A stretch of DNA of 64,000 nucleotides, from positions 60,680,985 through 60,744,984 of the forward strand of contig NC_068983.1 in the NCBI RefSeq assembly GCF_001194135.2, read 5' to 3'. Shown here in pieces: positions 63,748 through 64,000 of this stretch. The position numbers were made by a program, and so were the translations under genes. The notes below the pieces were generated by a model. That model saw nothing but the letters and a program-made list of their open reading frames with translations. It made no database searches and was not told the origin of the DNA. The DNA is from Octopus bimaculoides (taxonomy: Eukaryota). Positions within the stretch are counted from its first letter, which is position 1; each line of letters starts with the position of its first letter.

Positions 63748-64000
63748 CAAAAAAAATATATGTATGTATACACACATATATGTACATACTTACATCTACA
63801 TGTGTATATAGATGCATATCAGGGTACAGGATGTTAGAACAATGAACTACAGACCACGGAACGAACACATAGGAAAACAGATAGCCACTTGGAATTAATC
63901 CTTCGTCAGCTGCTTCTATTCTAACTAGACGTTTCGAAGATAAGACAGAACGTACTCTAGAATAGTCTCTTCCTGAGTAGTGGATCGACCCACTAAACAG

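Noticed and set aside
63493-63868. Overlapping YIYI/HTHT/CVCV ORFs (also 19000-19435, 47848-48095, 61270-62115)
   Set aside because: Microsatellite translations.

Overview
AT-rich eukaryotic DNA with many microsatellites and repeats, most likely from an octopus. That organism call is inferred from repeat types and gene style, not proven. The window has five assembly gaps. The dominant feature is a minus-strand SMCHD1 gene: I rebuilt 40 GT-AG coding exons by hand (62550 down to 8738). They join in one continuous frame of 4825 nt (1608 codons + 1 nt) covering the UBL-like N-terminus, GHKL ATPase, transducer and long linker. The gene stops at a strong donor at 8737, and I found no coiled-coil or hinge exons in 1-8737. 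That interval instead holds the 3' part of a plus-strand LRR + ZU5 gene (4 exons, stop at 8207-8209), which therefore appears to be nested antisense inside an SMCHD1 intron. Introns contain RTE- and CR1/L2-type LINE fragments, tRNA-derived SINEs, piggyBac/hAT/mariner MITEs and relics. One intron holds a foldback element that combines a tRNA-like head with a minimal Penelope-type hammerhead ribozyme motif. All alignments were done by eye against remembered family motifs; no database search was run.
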